64,000 nt of DNA, taken from positions 1,155 to 65,154 of the forward strand of contig JAPOQU010000011.1 in the NCBI GenBank assembly GCA_026710545.1. The letters are read 5' to 3'. Under the pieces are notes generated by a model. The model saw nothing but the letters and a program-made list of their open reading frames with translations. It made no database searches and had not been told where the DNA came from. The DNA comes from Gammaproteobacteria bacterium. GTDB lineage: Bacteria; Pseudomonadota; Gammaproteobacteria; Eutrophobiales; Eutrophobiaceae. Below are positions 29,099 through 38,293 of the stretch, in pieces; positions within the stretch are counted from its first letter, which is position 1; every line of letters begins with the position of its first letter. The position numbers and the translations under genes were made by a program.

Positions 29099-29140
29099 CG
29101 GTAACCCGGAAGACGAATCCGGTTCGCCCCAGGTAAGGTT

Positions 29141-30289
29141 TCATAATTTCAACAGTTCACAGAACCTGGTTAAAGGAAGAACCCTCGCCTTCAACTCCGC
29201 CCGTTCGTAGTCCCTGTCCTCCGTGTGCACCTGGTAATAATACGGGATGTCGGTACGCTGCGAGAAATAAGCTATGTTCCTGCTCAGGTTCCTATTCCCT
29301 GTTTTGCACTCGACCGCAAACAGCGGTTTATCGTTCTCAACTACCACGAAGTCCAGTTCTCTCCCTATTGCATCCCTGACAAACCTCAATTCCATTTCAC
29401 TGCCTTCGGTATCCTCACGGAAATGGCAGTACTTCAGCAAATGCGACGCTACCAGGTTTTCAAAACGGGCGCTCTCATCCCCGCACAGCGACCAATCCCA
29501 CAGGTACAGCTTGCGTTCCTTTTTCACGGCCCGAAGGCGGGGCAGCCCGTAGGGAGATATCCTGAAACAGTAATACAGGTTCTCCAGGATCGTAATCCAG
29601 CGGTCCACGGTTTCGTAGGCTACCGACAGGTCCTGTTTCAGCTTATTCAGAGAAAGGATGGAGGAAACCTTGTCGGGCAACATCCGCACAAGCAGGTCCA
29701 GTTGAGAGACCTCCTTCACGTTTTCCAGGTTTATCAGATCCTCCTGTATTACCCGGCTTTGCCTCTCCCGCTGCCACCTCTTCCAATGGCGCGCGTTCTG
29801 TTTCAAAAACGGCTCGGGAAAACCGCCATAGCGCAACAGGACAGACAAGTCCGAGCGGGTCGGCTTGTTGTTCAATTCATACAACGAAAACGGGTGCAGG
29901 CGGTAGTAGTGATAACGTCCCTGTAATGAATCACCCCCCCTCCTGTAATGATCCAGCCGCGCAGATCCGGTGATAAGAAAGCGCTTTGTGGACTTGAATT
30001 TATCGTAAAAACCCTTGACCAGGTTGCGCCAGTGCCTGTATTTATGTATCTCGTCGAATATCAGCAGCGATTGATCTGCGGGCAGACCACCGTCCAGGAG
30101 CATCCGCTGGGTTTCATAAAGGTCCCAGTTAAGGTATGCAGGGTGGGATTCATCAGCGCCTTCGAGCAGGCTGAGCGCAAGCGTCGTCTTGCCGACCTGC
30201 CTCGGCCCGCCCAGGAAAACTATTTTCTCGGCCAGGTCCTGGTTGATGGAGGCTGTCAGGTACCGGTTCAGCAATGTCATTTCCGCCAT
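29141..30289 (-). CDS. AAA+ ATPase of the DUF4143/COG1373 type (second copy of the family)
   Basis: Walker A GGPRQVGKTTLA and Walker B LLIFDEIHK. The C-terminal motif ELDFVVVENDKPLFAVECK is restriction-endonuclease-like. Confidence 0.7.
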   Translation of the reverse strand: MAEMTLLNRYLTASINQDLAEKIVFLGGPRQVGKTTLALSLLEGADESHPAYLNWDLYETQRMLLDGGLPADQSLLIFDEIHKYRHWRNLVKGFYDKFKSTKRFLITGSARLDHYRRGGDSLQGRYHYYRLHPFSLYELNNKPTRSDLSVLLRYGGFPEPFLKQNARHWKRWQRERQSRVIQEDLINLENVKEVSQLDLLVRMLPDKVSSILSLNKLKQDLSVAYETVDRWITILENLYYCFRISPYGLPRLRAVKKERKLYLWDWSLCGDESARFENLVASHLLKYCHFREDTEGSEMELRFVRDAIGRELDFVVVENDKPLFAVECKTGNRNLSRNIAYFSQRTDIPYYYQVHTEDRDYERAELKARVLPLTRFCELLKL

Positions 30290-30522
30290 GGAACGTTAAC
30301 GTAAATTTTAGAGTACACTCTATAATAATCGTGTTAAGTTCAGAGTCAACCTGAAATATTACATATACTGACCTTATTCACCACTTAATCAGCAAACCCA
30401 TGACATGCTACAATTTATCTGCTATGCATAACCACCACAGTTATGCTTTAACCTGGTAAACGAAGACTTTAAACTCAACCCAAATATGTCTGTGATTCAT
30501 TGCTGCGAGTTGACTGAAAAAA

Positions 30523-31122
30523 ATGACAGAAAATAATTTTCAGGTAAGACTCGCAACAGCCTATCCGGGTGCACAACCAGTTCAGTCATCCAAAGGGACG
30601 ACATTAAAGGCCGAAATATCAACTGATCAAGGTCGTAAAGACGCATTTGTAAAATTAATCAGTATTGATGACATAGCCAGAGAAGCGCTTTGTGCAGTAT
30701 TGGCAAGGAAACTTCAACTTCCCATGTTGCAGCCCTATTATGTTCATGTTGATCCCAGTGTCTTAGGTGATTACCGTGCAGGAAATATTCATGACATAGC
30801 TTTTGGTCTTGAAGCTGAAGAGGCGCCCACATTTCGAGTAATCCATCAGTTGACGGAAGAAGAGATTTCAGGATGGAGTGATGTTTTACGCGTCGCAGTA
30901 TTCGATGAGTGGATTTATAATCGGGACAGAATTCCGACCAACCTGATATTTACTGGTAAAGGGCGTTTTCGATTGATTGACCACGATGAAGCTTTGCCAA
31001 ATTACGCGTCCCCAGATGCCTGTTCAAATGCACAGCTTTTACAACACCTGGCGCGCAACAAATCGGAAATAGAGTTGCATCAGATGCGGAGGAAGGCTTT
31101 TGAGAGTATTGAAGAATATTAG
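30523..31122 (+). CDS. HipA-like / PI3-4-kinase-fold mini-kinase, interrupted by an in-frame TAG (the frame continues to 31320)
   Basis: Catalytic-loop-like FDEWIYNRDRIPTNLIF and RLIDHDEAL. After the TAG at 31120..31122 the same frame stays open for 65 more codons, ending in TAATG shared with the next gene. Confidence 0.5.
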   Translation: MTENNFQVRLATAYPGAQPVQSSKGTTLKAEISTDQGRKDAFVKLISIDDIAREALCAVLARKLQLPMLQPYYVHVDPSVLGDYRAGNIHDIAFGLEAEEAPTFRVIHQLTEEEISGWSDVLRVAVFDEWIYNRDRIPTNLIFTGKGRFRLIDHDEALPNYASPDACSNAQLLQHLARNKSEIELHQMRRKAFESIEEY

Positions 31123-31319
31123 TCAGTAAATTGGGGTGAAATCTATAAGCTCCTGCTCCCGGATAACTTGCCAGGGGGCGCACCAATTTTCGACAAATTC
31201 ATACAATTTCTCAGTGTCCGTAGTGAACACATGCGTGCTATCATTACTCAAAGTCTGGGTATTAAACAACAAGAATTAAATCTTTCGATACCAGGCAAGA
31301 CCGTCAGAGAGGGGGACTA

Positions 31320-32165
31320 ATGTCAGCATCGTATCCAGAATTACCCGGTTACGGTTTTTCATGGAGGAGTATTCAGATCGAACCTGTCCCAGTCTCAGGT
31401 GAGAGGATAACTTTGGGAGCGATTGTTAAAGGAGACAACCAGGAATTGCTCGCTGCAAAAGTAGTTTCAAAACCTCATTTGAGAAAAATCTATGGCCGTG
31501 AATTCGGTGCTCGAATTGCAGAGGCTCTGAGTTTGTGTATCAACCATGCCGAAAAATATTACTCAACAAACCCACTGTCAAATAAGTGGTCACCTCCCCT
31601 GGACAGATTTTATGTCGGAGAATTGCATTCCTCCGTTGCTGAAAACATTGAGGAGGGTCTGTCAAGAGCGGCCAGGCAATCCTCCTCTTTCAGTGTTTCT
31701 CTTGAAGAGGAAAAAACCGGATCAAGCACAAGTCCCGCCGTGTCTGCACCCAAATCCTGGCAGAAAGCGATAAGGCAGGTCGTAACAGACGAACGAGAAG
31801 AATTCCTGAATTATTTTGAAAAAAGCGTACCAGTCCGGGACTCAGGCGTACCGTTAACATTCAGTTTTCTGTCCAGTAACTATGCTGCGCAGTTCGATGC
31901 AATTACAGAAACAAAACAAATCCAGAGAGTATTGGTTAGAGCCCAGAGTAAGCTATGGCAGCTCGATCGGCTCAGGGATGAGAGCGCCCTGATTCATCCG
32001 AAATTCTGTGAGTTGTTGCTGCAAATACCGGATAGTGATGAAACCTCTGAAGTCAGTGAATTTGTAGAGGAGTTGGATTACGAAGCCTCCAGAAGAGAGT
32101 TAGGTTTATTCTCTACTACTTCACCGGTCGATGCTGCAAGACATTTGATTGAAAAAGCAGCTTGA
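31320..32165 (+). CDS. hypothetical protein (the N-terminus is reminiscent of DUF3037), partner of the mini-kinase
   Basis: 281-aa ORF whose ATG overlaps the TAA of the extended kinase frame. The N-terminal pattern is WRSIQIEPVPVSGERITLGAIV. The DUF3037 assignment is from memory and unverified. Confidence 0.35.
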   Translation: MSASYPELPGYGFSWRSIQIEPVPVSGERITLGAIVKGDNQELLAAKVVSKPHLRKIYGREFGARIAEALSLCINHAEKYYSTNPLSNKWSPPLDRFYVGELHSSVAENIEEGLSRAARQSSSFSVSLEEEKTGSSTSPAVSAPKSWQKAIRQVVTDEREEFLNYFEKSVPVRDSGVPLTFSFLSSNYAAQFDAITETKQIQRVLVRAQSKLWQLDRLRDESALIHPKFCELLLQIPDSDETSEVSEFVEELDYEASRRELGLFSTTSPVDAARHLIEKAA

Positions 32166-32170
32166 GCACC

Positions 32171-32992
32171 ATGAAACCGGAAGACCATCCCCCTCAGGAG
32201 CCCGTATCCGACTTTGCCAGGGACTACAACAGGTACGTACTGGAAATAGCGGCGGAAATCGGAGGCGCTGAAGACAGCTATGGCCTGAATCCCTACCAGA
32301 GCGTGTTGTATTACCCGGCGCCGAAACCGGACGGCAACGTGTTCATCATGATCCACGGCGGCGGCTGGACCAGCGGATACAAGGAGTGGATGGCATTCAT
32401 GGCGCCGGTATTCAACCAGGCGGGTATCGGCTTCGTCAGCATCGGTTACAGGCTGGCCCCGGCCCACGTTTTCCCGGCAGGACTGGATGATTGCATGAGC
32501 GGGCTGAAATGGGTTTACGACAACATCGATAAGCTTAACGGCGACCGCACTCGCCTGTTCATATCCGGCCACTCCGCCGGCGGCCATCAGACCAGCCTTA
32601 TGGCTGTACGCAGGGACTGGCAGGAAAACTATGGCTTGCCCGTGGACGTCGTACGCGGTTGCCTGCCCGTCTCCGGCGTGTTCGACTTTCGCGAAGGCTC
32701 GGGCCTGTCCATGCGCCCGCGCTTCCTGGGCCCGGAGGGCAATGAGGATGCCGCCAGCCCCATCTGCAATATCCAGGGTACGCCACCACCGTTCTTCCTG
32801 TCCTGGGGCAGCAGGGACTTCCCCCACCTGATCACCCAGGCGCAGAAGATGGAACAGGCTTTACGCGCCGCAGGGGGTGAGACTACCAGCCTGGAACTTG
32901 AGGGCTGCGACCACCTGCAGGCCAACCTGGCCTGCGGCGACCCGGACGGACCCTGGGCGGGAAGGGTGATGGAGTGGATCAGGGGACATTGA
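32171..32992 (+). CDS. alpha/beta-hydrolase esterase/lipase-family protein
   Basis: Oxyanion motif HGGGW and nucleophile elbow GHSAGG. GC-rich like the core genes. Confidence 0.8.
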   Translation: MKPEDHPPQEPVSDFARDYNRYVLEIAAEIGGAEDSYGLNPYQSVLYYPAPKPDGNVFIMIHGGGWTSGYKEWMAFMAPVFNQAGIGFVSIGYRLAPAHVFPAGLDDCMSGLKWVYDNIDKLNGDRTRLFISGHSAGGHQTSLMAVRRDWQENYGLPVDVVRGCLPVSGVFDFREGSGLSMRPRFLGPEGNEDAASPICNIQGTPPPFFLSWGSRDFPHLITQAQKMEQALRAAGGETTSLELEGCDHLQANLACGDPDGPWAGRVMEWIRGH

Positions 32993-33029
32993 TACGTCCA
33001 TCACAGACTCCCGTATTCTGTACCTGGAA

Positions 33030-33130
33030 GCGCAGGACTGCGATGAAAACGGCAGCTGTCCGGTCGGCGGTGGCAATCTCAGTGCACGGCATGTCATCCA
33101 TGGCGTAGGCCCGCGCAAGGGAGAGGGGAT
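33030..33130 (+). pseudogene. macro-domain gene fragment 1 (internal piece)
   Basis: Encodes QDCDENGSCPVGG..GNLSARHVIHGVGPRKGEG, alignable by eye to codons ~54-96 of the intact macro gene at 42148..42672. Confidence 0.7.
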
Positions 33131-33170
33131 TGATAGTATCTCTTTGCAGCACCGTCCCTGGTTCATCGAG

Positions 33171-33605
33171 TTAAAAAAATAATGCCGGGTTTACGTTGAA
33201 ACGTTTACTTAATGCTTCGATATGATTACGCGTAAACCTGCGTTCACCGTGTAAAATTCTGGATACCAGTGATTTACTCCCAATCTCAGGCAGGTCTGCA
33301 ACGCCGAGTTTATGTTGTTCCATAATGACTTTAAGCGTTGCTATGCCGCTGTCGAGTTTTTCAATTCGGTCATTAAAAGACTTAAACTCGGGCGATTTAT
33401 CCTCCCAGCGAGCGATAGAAGCAGAAAGGACGTCAATGAGTGGTTGCTGGTTGTCATAGTCCTCTATTAATTCGTCCATGAGGGCCAATGCCTGTGCGTA
33501 ATCAGCCTCATTGCTGATGTGGCTGATAAAAGGCGCCTGGTTGAATAGTTCAAAGGCATGTTCTTTGATGGCAGCAAATCCCATATCAGCTTGCCTGTTT
33601 TGCAT
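33171..33605 (-). CDS. higA: HigA-family HTH antitoxin
   Basis: C-terminal XRE-type HTH (LGVADLPEIGSKSLVSRILHGERRFTRNHIEAL). It lies downstream of and overlaps higB. The start is uncertain (33605 or 33584). Confidence 0.75.
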   Translation of the reverse strand: MQNRQADMGFAAIKEHAFELFNQAPFISHISNEADYAQALALMDELIEDYDNQQPLIDVLSASIARWEDKSPEFKSFNDRIEKLDSGIATLKVIMEQHKLGVADLPEIGSKSLVSRILHGERRFTRNHIEALSKRFNVNPALFF

Positions 33606-33897
33606 AGCGTCTGGAGAGCTTGTCATATTCAGCATGATTGACAATGTGTTTTACGTACATACGATTATCATTAAACCCAATGAAGGCGATCAAACGCAGG
33701 TTGTTTCCTCCTATATCGATGACCCACCATTTATCCTTATGCTTGAAGTTGTCCAGTGACGGAAATACTTTATTCAAATCTTCCGGACGTTTGAACTCAC
33801 CTTTGCGCAGAACTTTATAAGTCCTTTCAATCGCTGCTGCGTCATTCGGATATTTGCTTGCGGCAGCATTAAAAATCTTCCTGGATATAATGTGCAA
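33586..33897 (-). CDS. higB: HigB-family mRNA interferase toxin
   Basis: MHIISRKIFNAAASKYPNDAAAIE...WVIDIGGNNLRLIAFIGF..MYVKHIVNHAEYDK is the typical HigB pattern. Confidence 0.8.
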   Translation of the reverse strand: MHIISRKIFNAAASKYPNDAAAIERTYKVLRKGEFKRPEDLNKVFPSLDNFKHKDKWWVIDIGGNNLRLIAFIGFNDNRMYVKHIVNHAEYDKLSRRYAKQAS

Positions 33898-34057
33898 TTA
33901 GAGTTCCCTGTATTTTGAGTTTCCTTTTTGTCAACTATAGGTGAGAGAACGCTCTTTTGTCAAGAAAAAGAAAATCATTGAATCAACGGGGTCCGACTCG
34001 GTTGATTTGCTTGACTCCGGGGACGGATAAAGTGGCATTGATGTCGTCTTTGCAATA

Positions 34058-34572
34058 ATGCAGATGCTATTCAATGATAAAACCCTGGAGCTTGCCGAAG
34101 GCGATATAACAGATCTCAACATCGACGCCATCGTCAATGAGGCAAACTCCTCGCTCATTTTAGGCGCAGGAGTGGCCGGCGCCATTCGCGCCAAAGGCGG
34201 TCCCAGGAATGCGATGAAATCGGCGGCTGTCCGGTAGGCGGCGCGGTGATCACCACCAGCGGCAATCTCAAGGCGCGGTACGTGATCCATGCCGCCGGCC
34301 CGCGCAAGGGAGAAGGGGACGAGGAGGAAAAACTCAGGAACGCCACACTGAGCAGCCTAAGAGTCGCAGATGAGAACGGCCTGAAAAGCATCGGGTTCCC
34401 GGCCATCAGCACCGGTGTATTCGGGTTTCCGATTGAGCGCTGCGCGGAGATCATGCTTTCCGCTACGATGGATTACCTGCAGGGAGAAACCGGGCTGGTG
34501 AGGGTGGTTTTCTGTTTGTATGGGGTGGAGGCGTTTGGGGTTTTTGAGGGGGGTTTGAAGGAGTTCCAATGA
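34058..34572 (+). pseudogene. macro-domain gene copy 2, frameshifted
   Basis: Near full-length paralogue of 42148..42672. About 10 nt are deleted near 34206 (GGTCCC^AGGAATGC versus GGCCCTGCCATCCAGCAGGAATGC), which breaks the frame. The distal part reappears as ORF 34246..34572. Confidence 0.85.
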
Positions 34573-34869
34573 AGCCGCAAAAACTTGCCGAATACGCCGG
34601 TATGATTAGAAAAGCGGCGCTGACCAGCTAAATCTCTGCTTTCGATTTCAGGACGACGATGTCCTGTATGTATTGATTTTCGCTGAAGCTCCGGAGGCGA
34701 ATGTCCCATTAGTTTGTCAATGGATACCACATATTACGTCTCGACCAGTGTCTGACTGGCATAGGGGATGTTCGAGATCATCTACAGTGCCTCTGTCTAT
34801 TTCTTGCCCCTGTGCTCCAAGAACAAATAATATTTACTACTCTGCTGTTTAATGTCTTATTATGTCTTA

Positions 34870-34913
34870 AATTTATTCAATAAATTAATGTAATGTCTAT
34901 TTAGTTACATTAA
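34870..34913. promoter_or_regulatory. two AT-rich palindromes in the promoter region of the small-ORF/XRE operon
   Basis: AATTTATTcAATAAATT (34870..34886) and TTAATGTAA-N11-TTACATTAA (34885..34913). ATGTCTTA direct repeats lie at 34852 and 34862. Confidence 0.4.
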
Positions 34914-34963
34914 ATTATGATTAATAATGTGCCTACAGTTTAAATCAATCAGGAGGCAAAACT

Positions 34964-35179
34964 ATGAAAATCAGCGACCACGCAGTATTGCGGTACCTGG
35001 AACGTTTCAAGGGTATTGACGTGGAAGAAACACGCCGATCCCTTGCCAGGGTAATGGACACACCCAGAATGAACGACGTAATAGAATTTGCTGGTCAGGC
35101 CCGTTGTAAGGTTAAGAAAGCCGATGGCATCTTTTGTGTTCAGGATGGCACACTGACCACATGTTATCCCAGCAACTAA
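34964..35179 (+). CDS. small hypothetical protein, possibly DUF4258-like toxin
   Basis: 71 aa. The N-terminal ISDHAVLRYLERFKGIDVEE resembles the HA..R..eRgI signature of DUF4258. This is from memory and low confidence. Confidence 0.35.
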   Translation: MKISDHAVLRYLERFKGIDVEETRRSLARVMDTPRMNDVIEFAGQARCKVKKADGIFCVQDGTLTTCYPSN

Positions 35180-35217
35180 ATTATATAACAGTAATCAACT
35201 ATGGACATAAGCACACT

Positions 35218-36597
35218 ATGAAAATCAACCCGGCACAATTAAAGTCATTGCGTATTCAGAGCGGACTGTCTCACAAGCAGCTTTACGAAAAGTCCAAAGT
35301 CTCAGAGCGGCAGATTTCTCGAATCGAGTCCTCTGGCACATACTATGATGCGCGCGAATACACGGCAGAGCGTCTTGCCCGTGCACTGGGCGTAGCGGTG
35401 GATACGCTTGCCGACAACGTGACAGTTGACTCTGGCCAGGTGGACGGCACAGTTAGGAATTACCAAAGTATCCATCCTAAACGTCTCAAAGATCTACGCA
35501 CACGGAAGAAGTTCTCCCGTCGCAAACTTGCAAAAAAATCCGGACTTTCAGAAAAACAGATTAGCCGAGTTGAAACCTCAGAAACAAATGTGCCGGTGCG
35601 CATGAATACCATGATTAAGCTGGCTTCTGCGCTGGGAGTTGAGGCCGAAATGTTGCTTGACGACCCCTCAACTCTTGACCCGTTACCGGTGCCCCCCTCA
35701 CAGGATGTCCAACTCAGTATTAAGATCAGTCCTCAGGTTCGTCTTGCCTACGACTTGGTGAAGCATCGTTATGGTCCAAGTCAGAAGGACATCATCAATC
35801 TAGCGCCTCTTCTTTTCGTCCTGTTGGCCGAAGGCAGTCTTTCCTGGCGCCGGCAGTGGCTCGAGGAAACAAAAGCTGCTATGGAACGTTTGGAACAGCT
35901 TACTAGCGAGCGCGACATGTTTAACTCCGAAGAACTGGATTTGGAATGGGATGAGAGTTTCGAGGCAGAGCAGGAATCAATAAAGAAAAAAGAACTTTTA
36001 GGTGACGAAATCCTGTCTGGGAAAGGCTACTGGGATTCCTCTGATCATATGGAAACCCCGTTTCTGGATTACGTGACCAGACTCACGAAAGAACTCAATA
36101 TATCTGTTATGGTCGATTCCATTTTGGGTAATGATGTGAAGAACATGATTAATGAAGATTTTGGTCCTGGAATTGACCTCAAAGAGAAGCGGAGAGACCA
36201 ATTTATACGACAGCATGGTGAAATGCCCGATGATACAAACCAATTCAATAGCCCACATATATCATGGAAGCTGGCTGAAAGACATACTCAAAATGATAAT
36301 GTGCTTGGTGACATTTTCAATAATTTCGATATTGATTGGTGCATTATTAACTATCTCATTTGCCCGGATTCTCTGATTGAAATATCAGGCAAGTCCTTAG
36401 AGGGGCTGTTTGCCCTGATCAGGGGTGACGTGCGCGTGCCGCAGATCCCCTCAGATCTGATGACAGAGACGGCAAAAGACAAACGTATTGAGTGGCTTGA
36501 AAGCAGGATGAGTACTGAGACACAGCAGTTAGCTGCACGCTACCGGGAGCTTTTTGCAAAAGATTATGGATGTGATCTTAATGGTGACACACGATGA
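35218..36597 (+). CDS. XRE-family protein with two tandem HTH domains and a ~300-aa C-terminal domain of unknown function
   Basis: Two copies of the pattern LK.LR...GLS.KQL..KS.vSE.QISRiEsS (about residues 6-40 and 95-130). The start is taken at MKINPAQLKSL. Confidence 0.7.
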   Translation: MKINPAQLKSLRIQSGLSHKQLYEKSKVSERQISRIESSGTYYDAREYTAERLARALGVAVDTLADNVTVDSGQVDGTVRNYQSIHPKRLKDLRTRKKFSRRKLAKKSGLSEKQISRVETSETNVPVRMNTMIKLASALGVEAEMLLDDPSTLDPLPVPPSQDVQLSIKISPQVRLAYDLVKHRYGPSQKDIINLAPLLFVLLAEGSLSWRRQWLEETKAAMERLEQLTSERDMFNSEELDLEWDESFEAEQESIKKKELLGDEILSGKGYWDSSDHMETPFLDYVTRLTKELNISVMVDSILGNDVKNMINEDFGPGIDLKEKRRDQFIRQHGEMPDDTNQFNSPHISWKLAERHTQNDNVLGDIFNNFDIDWCIINYLICPDSLIEISGKSLEGLFALIRGDVRVPQIPSDLMTETAKDKRIEWLESRMSTETQQLAARYRELFAKDYGCDLNGDTR

Positions 36598-36775
36598 AAC
36601 AAAGAACGAATATAAGCGACCATGCAGTATTGCGGTACCTTTCGTACTGTATGTAGGCAATCTGGACTTTGCTGATGGCCCCAGGCAATTCTCAAGTGCT
36701 CCCGGACTAACATCCCTTCTCTCCTGGAGTGAAGGGCAGGATGAGAGGGAAAAAACGCTACCGGAGTTCCTTGCT

Positions 36776-37972
36776 CTAGTATACGGTTTTCCAGTCGTCG
36801 CCGGGCATGATGCGTCGCATGAAGCCGTCAAACAGTGGTACCGTGAACGTTGTGTCACCATGGCTGGGACTCCAGATCATTCCTTTGGCGATAAGCTGGC
36901 TGCGGACGGGAGCCAGCGACGTCACTCCGCGCTCCAGTACGTCAGCGATGAAACCTGAACGGTGAGACCCTGGGCCCAATTCCGCCATAGCGCGCAGGTA
37001 ACGCTTTTCGGAAGGCGTCAGTCGATCAAAGCGTACGCGAAAGAAACCTTCGTCCAATGCGGCAACCGCGCACCGAGACGCTATTTCCACGTCTTTCAGT
37101 GTGATGGGGGATGACTCGGCGATATCCCATGCCTGTTTGCCCCATTCCTGTAAAAAATAAGGATAACCCTGTGTTTGCGAAATGATGTAATCCAGCGCAT
37201 CTGTGTCTATGCTTTCACCTTCGGCCTCAGCGGGTCTGCTGACGGCAATACGCGCCGCAGCCGGAGCTAATGGGCCTACCTCAGGAAAATCGAACAAGCG
37301 TTCGGCATAGGATTTCGCTTTTCCCATGCGCCCGCGCAACTGCGGCAACCCCGCTCCTGCGAGTACCACCGGCAAGCGACGCTGGGCGGTACGATGCAGC
37401 GCCGTAATCAAGGCCGCCAATTGGTCTTCATCGACGTATTGCAACTCATCAACAAAAAGCGCCAGACCCGTCCCGGCGCTCGCGGCTGCCTGGCCGGACA
37501 CTTCAAGCAGCGCCTGCAAGTCCAGTTCCAAATCACCATTGTCTGCAAGTCCAGGTTCTGAGTCGAAATCCAGTCCAACTTCAATGTCGTTATATTTAAA
37601 CTTTAACGCAGTGGCGAAGCCGGCCAACCCGCGCAGGGCTCTTTGTGCCAATTCCCTTGCCTGTTCAATAACAGACAAGCGCAATAACGCTCGACGTAGT
37701 TGCGGCGCAAGAATGGCAGGCAGGGAACGTCCCTCAGGCGCCTCAATACGGAGAGTCTGAATAGCGGAAGCCTCAGCATCGTCACACATCTTGTCCAGCA
37801 GTACGGTCTTTCCGACACCACGCAGCCCCACCAGTAGCAGACTCTTGGATGGCCGCCCAAGCCGCGTACGTTCCAGGACGATACGCATCCGTTCCAGTAG
37901 TTCATCACGTCCAGCCAATTGCGGAGGTGGCGTGCCGGCGCTTGGTGTAAAGGGGTTTCTGACAGGGTCCAT
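36776..37972 (-). CDS. AAA_16/Orc1-Cdc6-like P-loop ATPase
   Basis: FTPSAGTPPPQLAGRDELL..., Walker A GLRGVGKTVLL and Walker B LALFVDELQY. Confidence 0.65.
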   Translation of the reverse strand: MDPVRNPFTPSAGTPPPQLAGRDELLERMRIVLERTRLGRPSKSLLLVGLRGVGKTVLLDKMCDDAEASAIQTLRIEAPEGRSLPAILAPQLRRALLRLSVIEQARELAQRALRGLAGFATALKFKYNDIEVGLDFDSEPGLADNGDLELDLQALLEVSGQAAASAGTGLALFVDELQYVDEDQLAALITALHRTAQRRLPVVLAGAGLPQLRGRMGKAKSYAERLFDFPEVGPLAPAAARIAVSRPAEAEGESIDTDALDYIISQTQGYPYFLQEWGKQAWDIAESSPITLKDVEIASRCAVAALDEGFFRVRFDRLTPSEKRYLRAMAELGPGSHRSGFIADVLERGVTSLAPVRSQLIAKGMIWSPSHGDTTFTVPLFDGFMRRIMPGDDWKTVY

Positions 37973-37989
37973 GGCAGAATTATAGCTAA

Positions 37990-38026
37990 TTTAGCAAGTT
38001 TATGGAAATTTCATAAACTTGCTAAA
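37990..38026. promoter_or_regulatory. perfect 15-bp-arm inverted repeat immediately upstream of the ATPase start
   Basis: TTTAGCAAGTTTATG-gaaattt-CATAAACTTGCTAAA, located 18 bp from the start codon at 37972. Confidence 0.5.
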
Positions 38027-38185
38027 TTCGATCAAATCGGCTGTTCAGGTAAATTTCCTCAAGAATTTCTATAAATTCGTCATCAAATATTGACAATAGA
38101 TCAAGCAGCGCAGTCCCGCGTTTTTCAGGCAACGTATGGACTACAAGATTACCGTCTTTGTTACAACTGTGTTTTTCCTGATGTG
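38022..38185 (-). pseudogene. vapB antitoxin remnant (frameshifted, 5'-truncated)
   Basis: The nucleotide stretch GACAATAGATCAAGCAGCGCAGTCCCGCGTTTTTCAGG matches GACAATGCATTAAGCAGCGCAGTCCCGCGATTTTCAGG of the intact vapB (40921..41175). It translates to ...HTLPEKRGTALLDLLSIFDDEFIEILEE. Confidence 0.7.
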
Positions 38186-38234
38186 ACCAAGTGGCGGTTC
38201 TGCCCCTGTTTTCTTGCTGGTCGACTTAAAATTG

Positions 38235-38278
38235 TGCCAATATCGTGCCAGTATTATGCCAGTATCGTGCCATCTATG
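38235..38278. repeat. four direct repeats with 11-bp period upstream of the Fic-like gene
   Basis: TGCCAATATCG / TGCCAGTATTA / TGCCAGTATCG / TGCCATCTATG. Confidence 0.6.
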
Positions 38279-38293
38279 TGTAGTTGATACGCC

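Noticed and set aside
36554-36958. 134-aa plus-strand ORF downstream of the XRE gene
   Set aside because: It overlaps the 3' end of the minus-strand ATPase gene, has no recognisable motif, and probably arises from the decayed second small-ORF copy.
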